Assembly (NCBI GenBank): GCA_001687465.1
Contig: LVLI01000066.1
Span: 1-64,000, forward strand
DNA length: 64,000 nucleotides
Source: Halocafeteria seosinensis
Lineage: Eukaryota
Direction of reading: 5' to 3'
The notes under the pieces were generated by a model, which was not told the DNA's origin, ran no database searches, and saw nothing but the letters and a program-made list of their open reading frames with translations. Shown one piece after another: positions 36,126 through 48,429 of this stretch. Position 1 is the stretch's first letter; every line of letters begins with the position of its first letter. The position numbers were made by a program, and so were the translations under genes.

Positions 36126-37065
36126 TCAACTATCTACGTGTATTTCTTTTCCCGCTGGCATTTCGATATACATATCGTTGTACCAGGTTAAAGGTGCCCT
36201 CGGCTCATTCCAATAGCAGAAGTGAGAGTGGAGTTTCCTGCACGACTTGCTCTTTAACACTTGTTTCAAAGGATTATAGGTCGGCAACAAGGAAAGAAGC
36301 GACCTGTGCAACGCTAACTTAATGTACCCATATATATCCTGTGTGTGTGTGTTAGCTCCAGCAACGGGGTGCATCTGTCGGGCTAGTTACTGGAAGGCTA
36401 CCGGTATTCGCTCCTCGGTGGCGTACGCCCCGTAACAGGCGCGTATGACGAATTTCTATCTTAAATTCGCACAACGTATTTGCTAGTCTACTCTAGTACG
36501 CTGGGTATTATACCCGGCCACAAAAATTCTGTGGCTGTAGATGTGCCGGACCACTGTACAACCTTGCGCTTCAGCTGTGAGTTGTTCCTGTCATGTGAGC
36601 TGAAACGTCCCATCATTGATCATTTGCTCTCTTACACCTGATAATGTGAAAAATTACCCTTACCGCACAACTCTGATGGGTTTTTGCTATCTACTGTTCG
36701 ACGGATTCTCGTCTTGTTCCACGCTAATCTGTGCTTGCGATAGGTACGTCGCACTTCGGAGTTGGGCTTCACACCGTGAGGCGCACAGTGAGGTCAGTCA
36801 CCGATTTACGGTGCGTGTTCGGTGTTACGTGGTTCACAGTAGACGTCTATAACAGGCGTTAATAGGTCATTTGTAGTACTAAGTCGGGTTTGCCAGGTGA
36901 CTGTAACTTTCCGCAGTACGTGTATTCTTCGTCAAGTGTAAAGTTTGAGACTTCGTGAATGGTGAGCTGCAACCTGAATACTGTACTTGGCGAACAACCC
37001 TCCACATCACCGCACCGCCTCTCACTTGCTATTGGTGAGGCGATAGCAGTAGCTTTTGTGGAAGA

Positions 37066-38424
37066 ATGAATATCAAGAGTCGTCCACCTTCAGTCTTCGC
37101 GAAACTGATACAGCTTATCGTTATTTTCATTGGGAAATGGAACACCTGTGCGTCGTCGAACCTGGTGGACTTCCGATACATCAAGTGGGACATCACAGGA
37201 ATCAGAGATGAAAGCGATCATGGCGATATTTGTGGGCTCTGTGGATTGTGTGTTCAGGCAAGCAAATTTCATCTGAAAAATGGAGACTCTCATCTGTCTA
37301 TGGGGAGTTTCGAGAACCCAGGTGGTTCCCAGTCCGAGTCGTTCGACGAAGATCCTAGCAATCTTGGTGGCTCCGGCAAATGGGTGGACCACAACTTCAT
37401 GGAGAACGAAAAAGGTTCTGTAATAATATCCGATGCTGGAGCGACGTCATCCTACGTCTTTGATCGATATGAATGGTTTACGGGAGGAGACTGCGAGGTA
37501 AGAGATCCTATCTCGTGGAAGCTCTACGGAAGCAACCACAAGGAAAGTTGGATTTTGCTCGATGAGAGAACCAATAAAGATGTAACTACTGCTAGGGAAG
37601 AGTCAGTTGGTGTATTCGATGTCAAACCACCGACTCCGACGCCTTCACCCACCCGTACACCGACTTCCACACGAACGGGGACCCCAAGCCACACGCCAAG
37701 TCACACTAGAACTCCGACCTCCAGTAACACGAGATCTCCAACTTCCAGTAGAAGCAGAACCCCTACTCCAAGCAGGACGGCTACTCCAAGCAACACGCCA
37801 AGCCGTACTCCGACCCACACGAGAACACCAACTTCCAGCAGGAGTGGAACTCCCACTCCGAGTAAGACGGCAAGTCCAAGCAATACGCCAAGTCGTACCT
37901 CGAGTAGCTCGACGACCCCGACAGCCAGTAGGAGTGGAACTCCCACCCCGAGCAAGACAGCAAGTCCAAGCAATACGCCAAGTCGTACCTCGAGTAGCTC
38001 GATGACCTCGACGGCCAGCAGGAGCGGTTCACGCACTCCGAGCACGACCATCACGCCAAGTACCACCCCAAGCCAAAGCCCGAGTAACACGAGGACTCCC
38101 ACTTCCAGCGGTAGCGCAACACCGACTTTGAGCGGGACCACAACTCCAGGTAGTACGCCGAGTCCGACGCCGAGCGGAACGAGAACGCCGACTAACAGTC
38201 GGAGCAGATCACCAACGAACACAGCAACAGTTAGTCCTACATCGAGTATTACTTCAAGTGTTACCCCTACTCACTCGGCAACCGTCAGCCATACTCCAAC
38301 TGGGACTCCATCGTCCAAAGAAACGGCCACGCATACTAGCACTCCTTCGCTTACACCTACATATGCGACATTGAAACGACTTGCCAAAGAGATTTCTGCT
38401 CAAAGAGCTAAAAGGAAGTACTAA
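37066..38424 (+). CDS. Probable secreted protein: discoidin/F5-8 type C (CBM32)-like domain plus T/S/P-rich mucin-like stalk
   Basis: Hydrophobic N-terminus (FAKLIQLIVIFIG); motifs FRYIKW, NPGG, KWVD, RDPISWKLYGSN..W.LLDER; about 240 aa of TPSxTP repeats with a 90-bp duplication (37840 vs 37930). No TM or GPI signal at the end. Confidence 0.65.
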   Translation: MNIKSRPPSVFAKLIQLIVIFIGKWNTCASSNLVDFRYIKWDITGIRDESDHGDICGLCGLCVQASKFHLKNGDSHLSMGSFENPGGSQSESFDEDPSNLGGSGKWVDHNFMENEKGSVIISDAGATSSYVFDRYEWFTGGDCEVRDPISWKLYGSNHKESWILLDERTNKDVTTAREESVGVFDVKPPTPTPSPTRTPTSTRTGTPSHTPSHTRTPTSSNTRSPTSSRSRTPTPSRTATPSNTPSRTPTHTRTPTSSRSGTPTPSKTASPSNTPSRTSSSSTTPTASRSGTPTPSKTASPSNTPSRTSSSSMTSTASRSGSRTPSTTITPSTTPSQSPSNTRTPTSSGSATPTLSGTTTPGSTPSPTPSGTRTPTNSRSRSPTNTATVSPTSSITSSVTPTHSATVSHTPTGTPSSKETATHTSTPSLTPTYATLKRLAKEISAQRAKRKY

Positions 38425-38489
38425 ATGAGGCCCCACGTTACTAACACAGAACCATTAGCCAAAAATCACCCACACCACACCATGACAAA

Positions 38490-38670
38490 GTGTGTATTAG
38501 TATTGCTCCTACCGGAAGACGTGGGTATACTGTAGGCTACAGGCTACGTTACGCCGTGTAAGCTTCACGCTGTGGCGCATCAACGTGACTGACAGTTTGA
38601 CCGTCATCAACATGGGAAGTTCCGCTGCCCCAGCGGTAGTCCGGTACTTTCCTGGCAATTCTCTTGAGGA
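38490..38670 (+). repeat. Dispersed repeat homologous to 59291-59620 (secreted-protein gene fragment)
   Basis: Shares TATTGCTCCTACCGGAAGACGTG and GTGGCGCATCAACGTGACTGACAGTTTG-CCGTCATCA with 59306-59433. Confidence 0.8.
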
Positions 38671-38902
38671 ACTTAATTGCAGATGTCCGTATTTTGTCCG
38701 CTTCTGCCGCGATGGTGAGGGTTCTTCGGGCCATAAGTCACATTTCCGTCGTCGAATGAAGGAAGTTACCAGTACTGTCACATGCTGAACCACATAACGA
38801 CCAATGATAATGTCAGATTGTATGTGTGTGGACAGGCGAGCGCTGCAATAGTAGGAAAGAGACAACCGAATGTTGGTTTGAGTACAGTGTAGTGTCGAGA
38901 AG

Positions 38903-38963
38903 TTTGACGGTACCGCTTTCCTTGAGGCGACCTCCGAAAACTTTGGAAACAATTCTGCCGCAG
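38903..38963 (-). repeat. 61-bp duplicate of E2F coding sequence 39439-39499
   Basis: 6 mismatches in 61 nt; encodes FPKFSEVASRKAVPSN vs FSKFSEVAARKAVPSN. Confidence 0.85.
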
Positions 38964-39281
38964 AGGGTCACATTGCTTACCTAGCTATAAACAATTGCAT
39001 TTATAAAATTTCAATGATATTCTGTCTGTGTTCACGTGTCGCACCACCACACCTCATAGTGCTTCGACTGATGTGGACTAACATCAGTGAGGTGTCTATA
39101 GTGACAAGAAAGATAATGGACGGAGCGATTCCCACCCACTGAACTACAGCAAGTGGAGTAAGTAGAGCCTTGGCGATGAAGACAGTTGTATTTATATTAG
39201 CACAGTCTACTTACGGTAAATATACACACGGGACTCTTCTATGTGTACATCTGTGTTTGCCAAAGCCGGCAATATTGCTCT

Positions 39282-42200
39282 TTATTCACTGTCACTACTC
39301 GTGCTCCGCCCAGAGAAGTTACTGGATCTGCTACCTGCACTTCGGCGAGCAATTACGAACCCCTGGGTGTCATACTTCTCAGAGGCAGCCGACGAATTGC
39401 AATCTCTCTGCATGTTTTTATCGTCAGCATTATTGCAATTTGACGGTACGGCTTTCCTAGCGGCGACCTCCGAAAACTTCGAAAACAAGTCTGCCGCAGG
39501 GCAGGGAGAACCCTTTGTTGAGGTTTGACTACTCGTCTGGTGGTTTAAAGACATACTTTGTTTCTTGTCGGCTTCACCGACGGTGCACTCTGTGTCCCCC
39601 TTCGACGTTGGACGCGAAGAGTTTTGATTGCCTCTAGCAGTTGGGTTTTCACTGACAGTATTCGTTGTCCAACCGGCTGTTTGAGACTGGGCAGTGGGTT
39701 CGTCTGTCGCCTTGGACAAGTGAGCCCCAGGGGCCGGCCTTTCTGAAGTGACCAATGATACGGGACGGAGGGCGCTAATCTTTTCATCTGCTGCTTGGGC
39801 TTCTCGCTTCTTAGTACTGCTCACAGAGGGAGTGTCCACACCGGTACACGGTGTATTGCCAAAGCGGAATTGGTATGGCGTTGCATCTGCTCCAGCAACA
39901 GGGGTATCTACTGCTTTTGACGCGGCAACATCTTGCGTAGGGCTAGTTACTTGAGGGATACTTGCTCCAACTGTGGCATACGCCGCAGAGACGGCTGAAG
40001 CATTAATTTCAACTTTTTGAGCACTTGTTTCTGCGTCCTCTTCATGAACTTTCTGGCGTTTGGCGTCGCCATTTGACACATTTAGCTGCTTTTCTGAGAA
40101 CAAGCCCCTAACCTGAGGAGAACAGAATGCAGCTCCGGCCTGAAACCTCATGGAGGTAAACTGCGACTTTATCGTAGCAGGAGGAGACTTTTGCCTCCCT
40201 CCTTTGTCCGTACTGAATGCGAATGAGGAGTCTCTGTCCCCAAATGGAGGTGTAAACACGTCATCATACGGATAGTCATCGTCCAAAAAGCTAGTGGCAA
40301 ACGGCCCACCATCATCCATGAGAGCAGTTACATCTGCATTTTCATACTCCATTTCCGGCATATTTGTGTTTGCAGCGGCAGGTTCAGAACCCTGGTCGAC
40401 ATCATTCTCTTTACCACTGCGGATGCTTGCTCGCACCACGGTTGCCTGCGGGTGATTATCGGAGGAGTCACTGTATCCAAAAACCTCGGCGTGGGATGGA
40501 AAGAAAGACAAAGTCGTCACTTCTCGTGCAGGGGCTTGAGGCTCGGGAACTGACAGACGCCGTCCATCCGTTCTACTCTGGTTCTCTGATATTTCGATAC
40601 GCCTCAATATGTCATCATATTGATCATGATAGGCGTTGCAAGTATTCCGGGGATCTTTGCCCTTCTTTTTCTTCTTTCTCGAGAGACGGGCTTCTCCTTC
40701 CACGGCTGCAGCTGCAGCTCTGCGGGAAACGCCATCCAACATTGGTACTTCCGCCATGCCACGCCATTGAAATGCTGGTTTTCTGGAATTGGGCACCGGT
40801 ATCTTGTCAATTATTCTTAAGATACACATGACATTAGCAATATCATAGAGCCTCCGAACTGTAGTCTTCAACTTGGCGTTACTTCCATTGTCAGGGGATG
40901 ATAACAGGGCAGCGGCATCTTCTAGTGACAATACTTGCCTACCCAGCAAGAAAATCTGAATAAATTTGCGGGCAAGCGATCCCATGCTATTTTCCTTTCG
41001 TTCCGAAAGCTTCGAGGTTTTACTAGAGCTAGTAGTATTTGGAATCCGAGGATGTTCATCGTCGTACTGACACAGCTCTAGACAATAATGTTCATCTTCA
41101 CTTGAAAAGGGATCGCTAGCTGCAACATGAAATGTCTCAGGAATCTGGTCAATGCTGCTGTGTTCGAATGGGTGTATAGTCACATGATCTTGTCGATCGG
41201 GAAGAAGATACGTGCGCTCAGCCATGGCTTCTTCCTGAAGCAGGAACAGAGGTGGCAGGAAGGGATTAAAGCAGCTAATGGAAAATTCAAGGGCACATTG
41301 ATACTCACCTTTAATTCAAGCAAAGTTAAGTGCAGATGACACGTTCCATGCCACCAGTAAGTGTTCTTTTCCTTCCTTGAAACGATGTCAAATGCTTCCA
41401 AAATGTTGATAACATCGTAAATTCTTCTCCGTTCTATACCTGTATATTGCCACCCACAGATCAAAAATACCATGAATATATATGAAATGTAGCAATGGCA
41501 TCTACATACCAAGTTTCGCAGCTGCGTCATCTAACGAAATGCCTCGGGGTTTGGTCGTCCGAAACATGATCATAAATCTGCCCCACAGAGCATGAGGATC
41601 CAAATGATTTTATTTAGTTAAGCATTCCATATAGCTTAGGAGACAGGCAAAATCTTACCTTTCACATAGACTTCCTAATGACTTATCGCTTGGGTCGGAT
41701 CTATCCGGGAACCCTTCCACCAAGAACGCTTGGTTTTGGGGATTATATTCATGTCCATGATTATGCTGGAACACAGTTTCTTCACCGTATCTCTCCTCTG
41801 TTGCCGTAGCCGTATGGAGCTTATGACCTTTACGGCTCCTCTTATGCGACTTCTTGGAAGACTTGCCCATATTTGCTGTAGAAGCCTCTAAACGTGCGTC
41901 AAACGATGTCTGCAAACCAGAGTATGATGACACCTGTGATACCCCTGAGACATTGAATCAAGACTATGGACAATGCTCTATGACATATTCAGTCCAGAAG
42001 AGGCTGATGAAGGACATAAACCTTCCAAAATGGGGTTGTTAAGCCCTCCCTCAAGAACAAATCCGTTAGTGCCTTGCTCTTCCCCTATGCCATACCCTTC
42101 CAAAATGATACAAGATGAGGACCAAGATACCACCCAGCCAGTGCATAGTCCATATAAGTCTCTCCCCTTCTATATGTGCCCCCTAAAGGCACTCCTGATG

Positions 42201-43343
42201 GACTGTAAAACTTGCTACAGGGACCAGAAAAGCCCCTTAACGGCTGCCTCAAGGCCCTTTCGGGGCCAGGAACCACTCTTTACTCACGCATAAGCACCCA
42301 AGCAGCAGCACTCTCCCCACACAATATTAACAATTAGGAGTGCCAGCATTCAAACTATACATATACATAGAGAGTGGGGAGAACGGAAATTCAACACAAA
42401 CACTTCTGTATACAACTTTGTGGAGCATGTCAATGAACCCATTTTCCGCACCCGTTAACACTTTGTCTCCTCGCTTGAAGAAGCATCTCCACAGATGACT
42501 TGGTTATTGTTAGCCAATTCGAGGAAAGGAAGAACAATAAACACGCACGTATGTATAAATGCAGGAGACTAAAAAAAAAAGAAGAAAAAAAAGCAATTAC
42601 TTACCGTCTGGGTACTACTGCTAGTGGTAGTAGTTGTACTGTGGGAGACTGCAGGATCCGCGTTTTCGTCTGCCGCTTGCCCAAAAGTGGCATTCAAGTC
42701 GTGAGGAGAGGCAAGCTGAGAAAAGGTTCGCCGCTCTTTTCCTGTGGAGGCGATTTCCATCATGGCATACGCCGCAAGACTTCTTGAGGGACTGCGCAGC
42801 ACGGATATTCCCGTCTGTGAGTAGGAGCATCATCACATGTGCGAGTCGGACTCGGACCTACCTTAAATGAAGTGACTGGGATCCGTACGTATCCTGCAAT
42901 CGATAGAAAAAGGTTATTAAATTCCGGGGTGCCTTCGACTATACTGGGGCCAGTATATTCAAAGCACTCACTTGTTCGGGGGTCCAGTTTTTTGTGGGCC
43001 GGGGAGGCGTAGTCGAAGTTTGCGGAGGTGTCTTCGGAGAACTGGACGTACTAGTGTTGCTCTTACTACTAGTAGTTGCAACATGGCTTTTGGTTCGATT
43101 GCTCTTTTTCATTGACTTGGGATCATCGCCTCGTTTTTGTCGCGAGCTCGGGGTATGAGTATGTGCTGACTTTGAATTTGAACCCGTCTTCCTGCTTTTC
43201 GTCGAGGCGGAAGATGACGATCTAGCCCGCTTCTTCTGTGTCGATTTCCTGGAGCTAGAGGGTGTAGGTTCCTCTTTTGCTTCCTGTTCATTCTCCTGCC
43301 TCCACGCTGGAAGTTTAATTTCTCGCGAAGTTCGTCGGACCAT
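39282..43343 (-). CDS. Atypical E2F transcription factor with two DNA-binding domains (E2F7/8, DEL-like). Firm exons: 41933-41659, 41577-41510, 41439-41309, 41234-39282. Tentative 5' exons: 43343-42972, 42893-42862, ~42792-42605
   Basis: DBD1 KSLGSLCERF..ISLDDAA..GIERRRIYDVINILE..YWWHG; DBD2 RKENSMGSLARKF..LEDAA..VRRLYDIANV..KPAFQW. GT-AG junctions keep phase. The 5' exon linkage is inferred from phase compatibility only. Confidence 0.85.
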
Positions 43344-43685
43344 TGCTTCTACTTGTTTTTCTTCCTCTTTTTCACTCTCTACTGCCTCATTGACGACACT
43401 CCCCGTGCGATAAATACTCTATGGGATCCAATTGGCCAAAATATGCTTATACTGGGTCGAATCGAGTAGCTAAAGACCTTGTATAGAACACCCAAAATCC
43501 CAGCGCAACTTTTGAAAACCAAACCTCAGTGTCCTTAGCGTAATTTTCCCTCTCTCTAAATACCTACAACTACCCTACACCTATTGAGCGTGATCTGCAA
43601 CGTGAATGGAAAATGAAACAATCCTGTGAATGGAGCACTGAATGGGCCTTTACAAGGTCTTTGAGCTCGTCGCCGGCGAGCGCAA

Positions 43686-43708
43686 TTTGAAAATTTGGCG
43701 CGCGCGCC
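43686..43708. promoter_or_regulatory. Adjacent CHR-like TTTGAA and canonical E2F site TTTGGCGC upstream of the E2F7/8-like gene
   Basis: TTTGAAAATTTGGCGCGCGCGCC about 350 bp upstream of ATG 43343. Confidence 0.5.
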
Positions 43709-44585
43709 CTGAACAAGTTTTCGCCGAAGGTGTGGGCTTCGCCCACACACATGGTATGTATGTTGCTGAATAATGGAAAGGTAAGGAGAAAGAGGTGCAG
43801 GGAAAGGAGAAATGGGATATAAAACAGAGGAAAAGCGCTTGTTTGAAGTCATCATGGGGACCTTTTTTGTAATTATGTTTCAGGGGGAGTTCAAGGGGAG
43901 CCAAGATTCCCACAAGTGGAAGTACCTTGGTCGAGGAATCCTGAATGAAGGATTCTGACTCAGGATGATCACAGGTGACCAACAACATCCGCTGTTGCAG
44001 CCTGTTGGCTAGCTTTATGGAGAAGATTGCCTTGGAGGGAAGTACTGTATATTCAACGTGCTACGAGTACCCGATAGTACGCTGTTATCTTGAACGATAC
44101 ATGCACATAAAAACCAATATGAATCCATCGAAGATCATCCAGGTTAAAGCCTCGTACAGCGAGACGAGGCTTCGTATCGCATACAATACAACAGCCTCCC
44201 TTTCACCGGGTAAAGTTCACCCCTTCCAAGTACGGGTTGGTCTTTCGGATTGACGGTGTTCGTCGAACGACCCGGAACGCTCTCCGTGGAGTGTAGGCCA
44301 TTACTGTTTGGGAACGGTCGTCTTAGTCCCTTTTCCTTTAACCAAAAGGGTTTACACTCATGCTCTGGCTGCACGTCTCACATCTCCTCAGAAGGCCGGT
44401 ATCGGTACCATCTCGTCCACAAGTGCTGTAGAGACATTCACATGGACATTGCCCGACCGCACATTACTACTATATGGGATTTGTATGGTGTTGTCCTATT
44501 CACCACATCGATGTATCTTGTCTTGCCACAGTAAAATACACGGCACTTGTTCTAACAACCTTTTTAGCTCGTATTTGCCTCGAAT

Positions 44586-46671
44586 ATGGCTGCTGCCGGC
44601 GAATCCCAACCGTCGCACACCAAATCCGGTGTATTATCATGGATCCTCTCCAAGATGCCCATGGAGGATGTGCGGCATGATTTGAGCTTGGGGGTGAATG
44701 TCGCCTCGCTGCAGCTGCGTGTGTATCATCAAGTGCAGCATCAGATTTTGCTACCGGATATGCTGGAATGCGCAGCTGATAAGTGGCCTGAGAAGATCGC
44801 ATTAATTGGACTGAATGACGAGCCTTCGAGGAGCGATGCCTCCCAGGAGTATAGCATCAAAGAATTACTGTGGCCGAATACGTGGACGTATCGTCAATGG
44901 GATCAGTACGCAAACCAAGTGGTACGAGTTTGGCCGCTCTGTCGGGGATTCATCGCCCTCTTCACCGTGTTCATTTGATGCTTTGCAGGCACATTTTGCC
45001 ATGTCCAAGTTGCAACTACAAGCGGGGGATAATGTCGCTCTCTTCATGTCGAATGATGTGCAGTTCTTGGGCATATGGCATGGACTCAATAAAGCTGGTG
45101 TATCGGTGGCGCTTGTGAATTCGGGCCTAACGGGCAAGTCTCTGATACACAGCGTCCGTATCGCAGATGCCAGGGCTATTTTATTTTCAGACAAGTTAGA
45201 ATCAGTTGTAGCAGATGTGGAGGAATCACTTCGAGATGCTATGCGGCCGAGTTCACCCGTGGATCATCGGCCATGTGGAACGTTTGTACGAGTACTTACG
45301 AGACATTCGGTCTTGGAAGATACTGGACCACAAATACAAGGAGCGTCGATCCTGCAAAAAGAGATGAAGAACATGCCTTGGCAGAGACCCAATCCTCGCG
45401 TTCGAGAAACAATTGGAGCAAATGATTCTTCGGCATTCATCTATACCTCAGGAACTACCGGGTTACCGAAAGCGGCCCTCGTACCTCATGTAAAATTTCT
45501 CTTGGGTGGAGTTGGATTCTACCGCATTTACAACTTTCGCTCATCGGATAAGATGTATCAGGTGTTACCACTTTTCCACAGCGCGGCTGGTATAATTGGT
45601 CATGGTCTGTGCGTGCTGTGCGGTATCCCCATGGTGATTAGAGAGAAATTCTCCATTCGGAATTGGTGGTCGGATATAGTAGTTCATCAGTGCACAGTGG
45701 CGCAATATATCGGCGAGTTATGCAGATATTTGGTGTCTGCTCCTCCTCATCCTCTCGAATTGGACCAGCCTCCGCATCATAAACTTCGAATGGTGTTTGG
45801 AAACGGCCTTCGACCTGATGTATGGGCGCGATTTCAGAGTCGGTTTGGTATCCCACAAGTGGGAGAATTCTACGGAGCTACTGAAGCAAATACCATGCTA
45901 TTCAATCACTGCACTACAACCCGTGCTCAAGGAGCTGTTGGAACACTTGGACGACTCATTCGCTCCCTCAAAATCATTGAAATCATCAAGTTCGATGACG
46001 ATGAAGAGATGCCAGTACGAGACAAAAACGGCTGGTGTATTCCTTGCCAAACAGGTGAGCCAGGAGAGCTCGTTTCCAAGATTGGTGATGACTCAAGGAA
46101 CAGATTTCATGGCTATAAAGGAAATGAAGAAGCCACGAAGAAGAAAATCCTGTGGAACGTATTTAGGAAAGGGGATGCGTATTTCCGTAGCGGCGACTTG
46201 GTGCGGGTGGACGACTCTGGATATGTCTACTTTGTGGACCGCATTGGTGACACATTCCGATGGAAAGGTGAAAATGTAGCCACAACCGAAGTTGCGTCAG
46301 CAATGGGAGAATATCCTGCGATCGAAGAGGCTAATGTATACGGAGTTCCAGTTCCACATGCTGATGGAAAAGCAGGCATGGCAGCCATTGTGCTAAGTGA
46401 TGGATACCGCCTCGAAGACTTGGACACGAGTGACCTATTCTCCTTCTTAAGGGAACGCTTACCTGCTTATGCTATACCCGTATTTCTAAGGATTCTTCCG
46501 AAACAGCCAATCACTGGAACTTTCAAACAACAGAAAACGCAATTGCGAAAAGAAGGTGCCGATCCAACCACGGTCAAGGACGATCCTCTGTTTGTCCTAG
46601 AGGGCCGGCAATACACTCGATTGGATGAGAAAAAATGGAAGAAGATTTCTGCGGGAGAGGCCAAGTTATAG
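44586..46671 (+). CDS. Fatty-acid transport protein / very-long-chain acyl-CoA synthetase (SLC27/FATP family); exons 44586-44921 and 44989-46671
   Basis: YTSGTTGLPKA, QYIGELCRYL, GNGLRPDVW, EFYGATE, YFRSGDL..YFVDRIGDTFRWKGENVATTEV, TGTFKQQK. Intron GTACGA..TGCAG. C-terminal AKL is PTS1-like. Start codon tentative. Confidence 0.92.
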
Positions 46672-47049
46672 ATGGTAGATTTTTACTTCTCATGTCACAT
46701 GTATGTATGTGTCAGAGGATGACACTTGGAGATCCGTTGGCGGGTTCCACAGTGGAACTTCCACTCAGTCTTAGTAGATGAGAGAAGTGTCTAGGCACTT
46801 CCCACTCCCAAATTCTAATGTGAAACTATCCATTTCTTCTCTTTTTCCTTACCAGTACATCTGTGGACGCTTTTGTAAAAAGTCATGAAAAGTTGTTCGA
46901 CGAAGGAAAAGGTGGTACATCCTGGGATTCCGACCCGCCGCCGACCGGAAAAATTGACTCCTCCGCAGAAGAATTGGTTTCCAGAGGATTGTCCTTCCCA
47001 ATTTCATTCGCACGTCGTGTGGTAACTAGCAGAGCGAGACAAAAGCAAA

Positions 47050-48291
47050 ATGGCGGAAGTGGTCCAAGGGGTAGCGAAAAGTGACGTCAGACGCTCCCTG
47101 CATTGGGTGTTCAAAATCGGCAATCTCGGCCGTGCGTTGCGATTTTACAATGAAGTGTTCCACATGAGGGTTCTCCGGAGCGAAGAATTCGCGGAGGGGT
47201 GTGCCGTACGTAGCCGCATAGTTTGTGTGGGGAAAATTCAGCTTACCCTTGTTCTACGCGATGTGGAAGTCTGCAGGCTACCTGTAATGGCCCGTACGCC
47301 GGGCGCTGGAGCAAGACCATGGTGGGGTACGGCCCCGAGAAGGACAATTTCGCGTTCGAGTTGACCTACAACTACGGAGTGGACCACTACGAGAAGGCGG
47401 ATGATTTCCGGTTCATCGCCATTCGTTCGGACGAAACGGAGCAAGAATTCGCCCCGTTCCGACGAGAGTACCAAATTCGGAAAGCCAAAGAACTGGGGTA
47501 CAACGTAATCGAAAATGAGGAAGGAACTTTTATTGAAGGCCCGGATCAGTATTGCTACAAACTAGTGAATACTGCCAAGAAACAGTCACCCGAGGATGAG
47601 CATCCGACTTCCACCAGTGTGCATGAGCCTTGCTTATTCGTCTCGATCTATGTGTCAGATTTGGATAAGAGTCTGAAGTTTTGGAGAGATCGTAAGTGTA
47701 TTCCTGTATGCATAGTCTTAAAAGATATGTGATATGGTTCTGAGTTGCTCTGGTACAGATCTTGGTCTGCGGCAGTTAGATGATGTTGCTGGCAAGACTC
47801 CGGCCACCAAGAAGCATGGCGAAGGTGTAATGCTTGGGTACGATAAATCGCAAACCTTATTAGAGCTTGTTCCCCTTTACGGGGAAGATGGGGAACCAGT
47901 CAGCAAAATCGAGCATGGGAGTGCTTACGGTCGTATCGCCTTTGCTACTCGAAATGGTCCTCAGCCTATTTATGACGAACTGAAGAAGCTGGATTTCGCG
48001 GGTGGTGGAGTCATGAATGATCCTATCACCCTTCAGACTCCAGGGAAAGCCGATGTAGTTGTTACCATACTACAAGACCCAGATGGTTATGAGATTTGCT
48101 ACGTCAATGAGGATGGGTTTTACGACCTCAGTGCAACAAAACCTGCGGACGATTTCATTGACTGGGATTCTCGTGCTTACTACGGCGCCGATGGCAATCC
48201 TCCTCCGAGTGTGAGGCGAAAACAAGAAATCAAAGCACGGAGAGAGAGAGAAGCTCGGGAAAAAGAAGCTGCTGAACAAGAACGTGCATAA
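47050..48291 (+). CDS. GLOD4: Glyoxalase domain-containing protein 4; exons 47050-47205, 47277-47691, 47759-48291
   Basis: RRSLHWVFKIG, EEFAEGC|ATCNGPYAGRWSKTMVGYGPE..FAFELTYNYGV, AYGRIAF, LQTPGKADV.V.ILQDPDGYEIC. Confidence 0.92.
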
Positions 48292-48429
48292 TTTGACGAA
48301 GGTGGGGCGAATACCAGTTTAAGTGAACAATACACTGTTGAATCGTTTATGTGTATCAAGGAACGCGTCGTGTCGAATTTTTTACGCGTTTATCTTCACA
48401 CTTGCGAGAGGGATGAATGGAGATTGCAC

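Noticed and set aside
36354..36540. Helitron-like 3' ends (hairpins followed by CTAGT)
   Set aside because: Hairpins are weak or AT-rich, and no 5' TC end, second copy or RepHel gene is seen.
41973..42293. 106-aa plus-strand ORF
   Set aside because: No recognisable motif; lies antisense within the inferred E2F intron.
42939..43343. Separate Myb-domain gene (KNWTPEQ|D)
   Set aside because: No continuation of a Myb repeat was found in downstream frames. Phase-compatible exons link it more simply to the E2F gene, though this is tentative.
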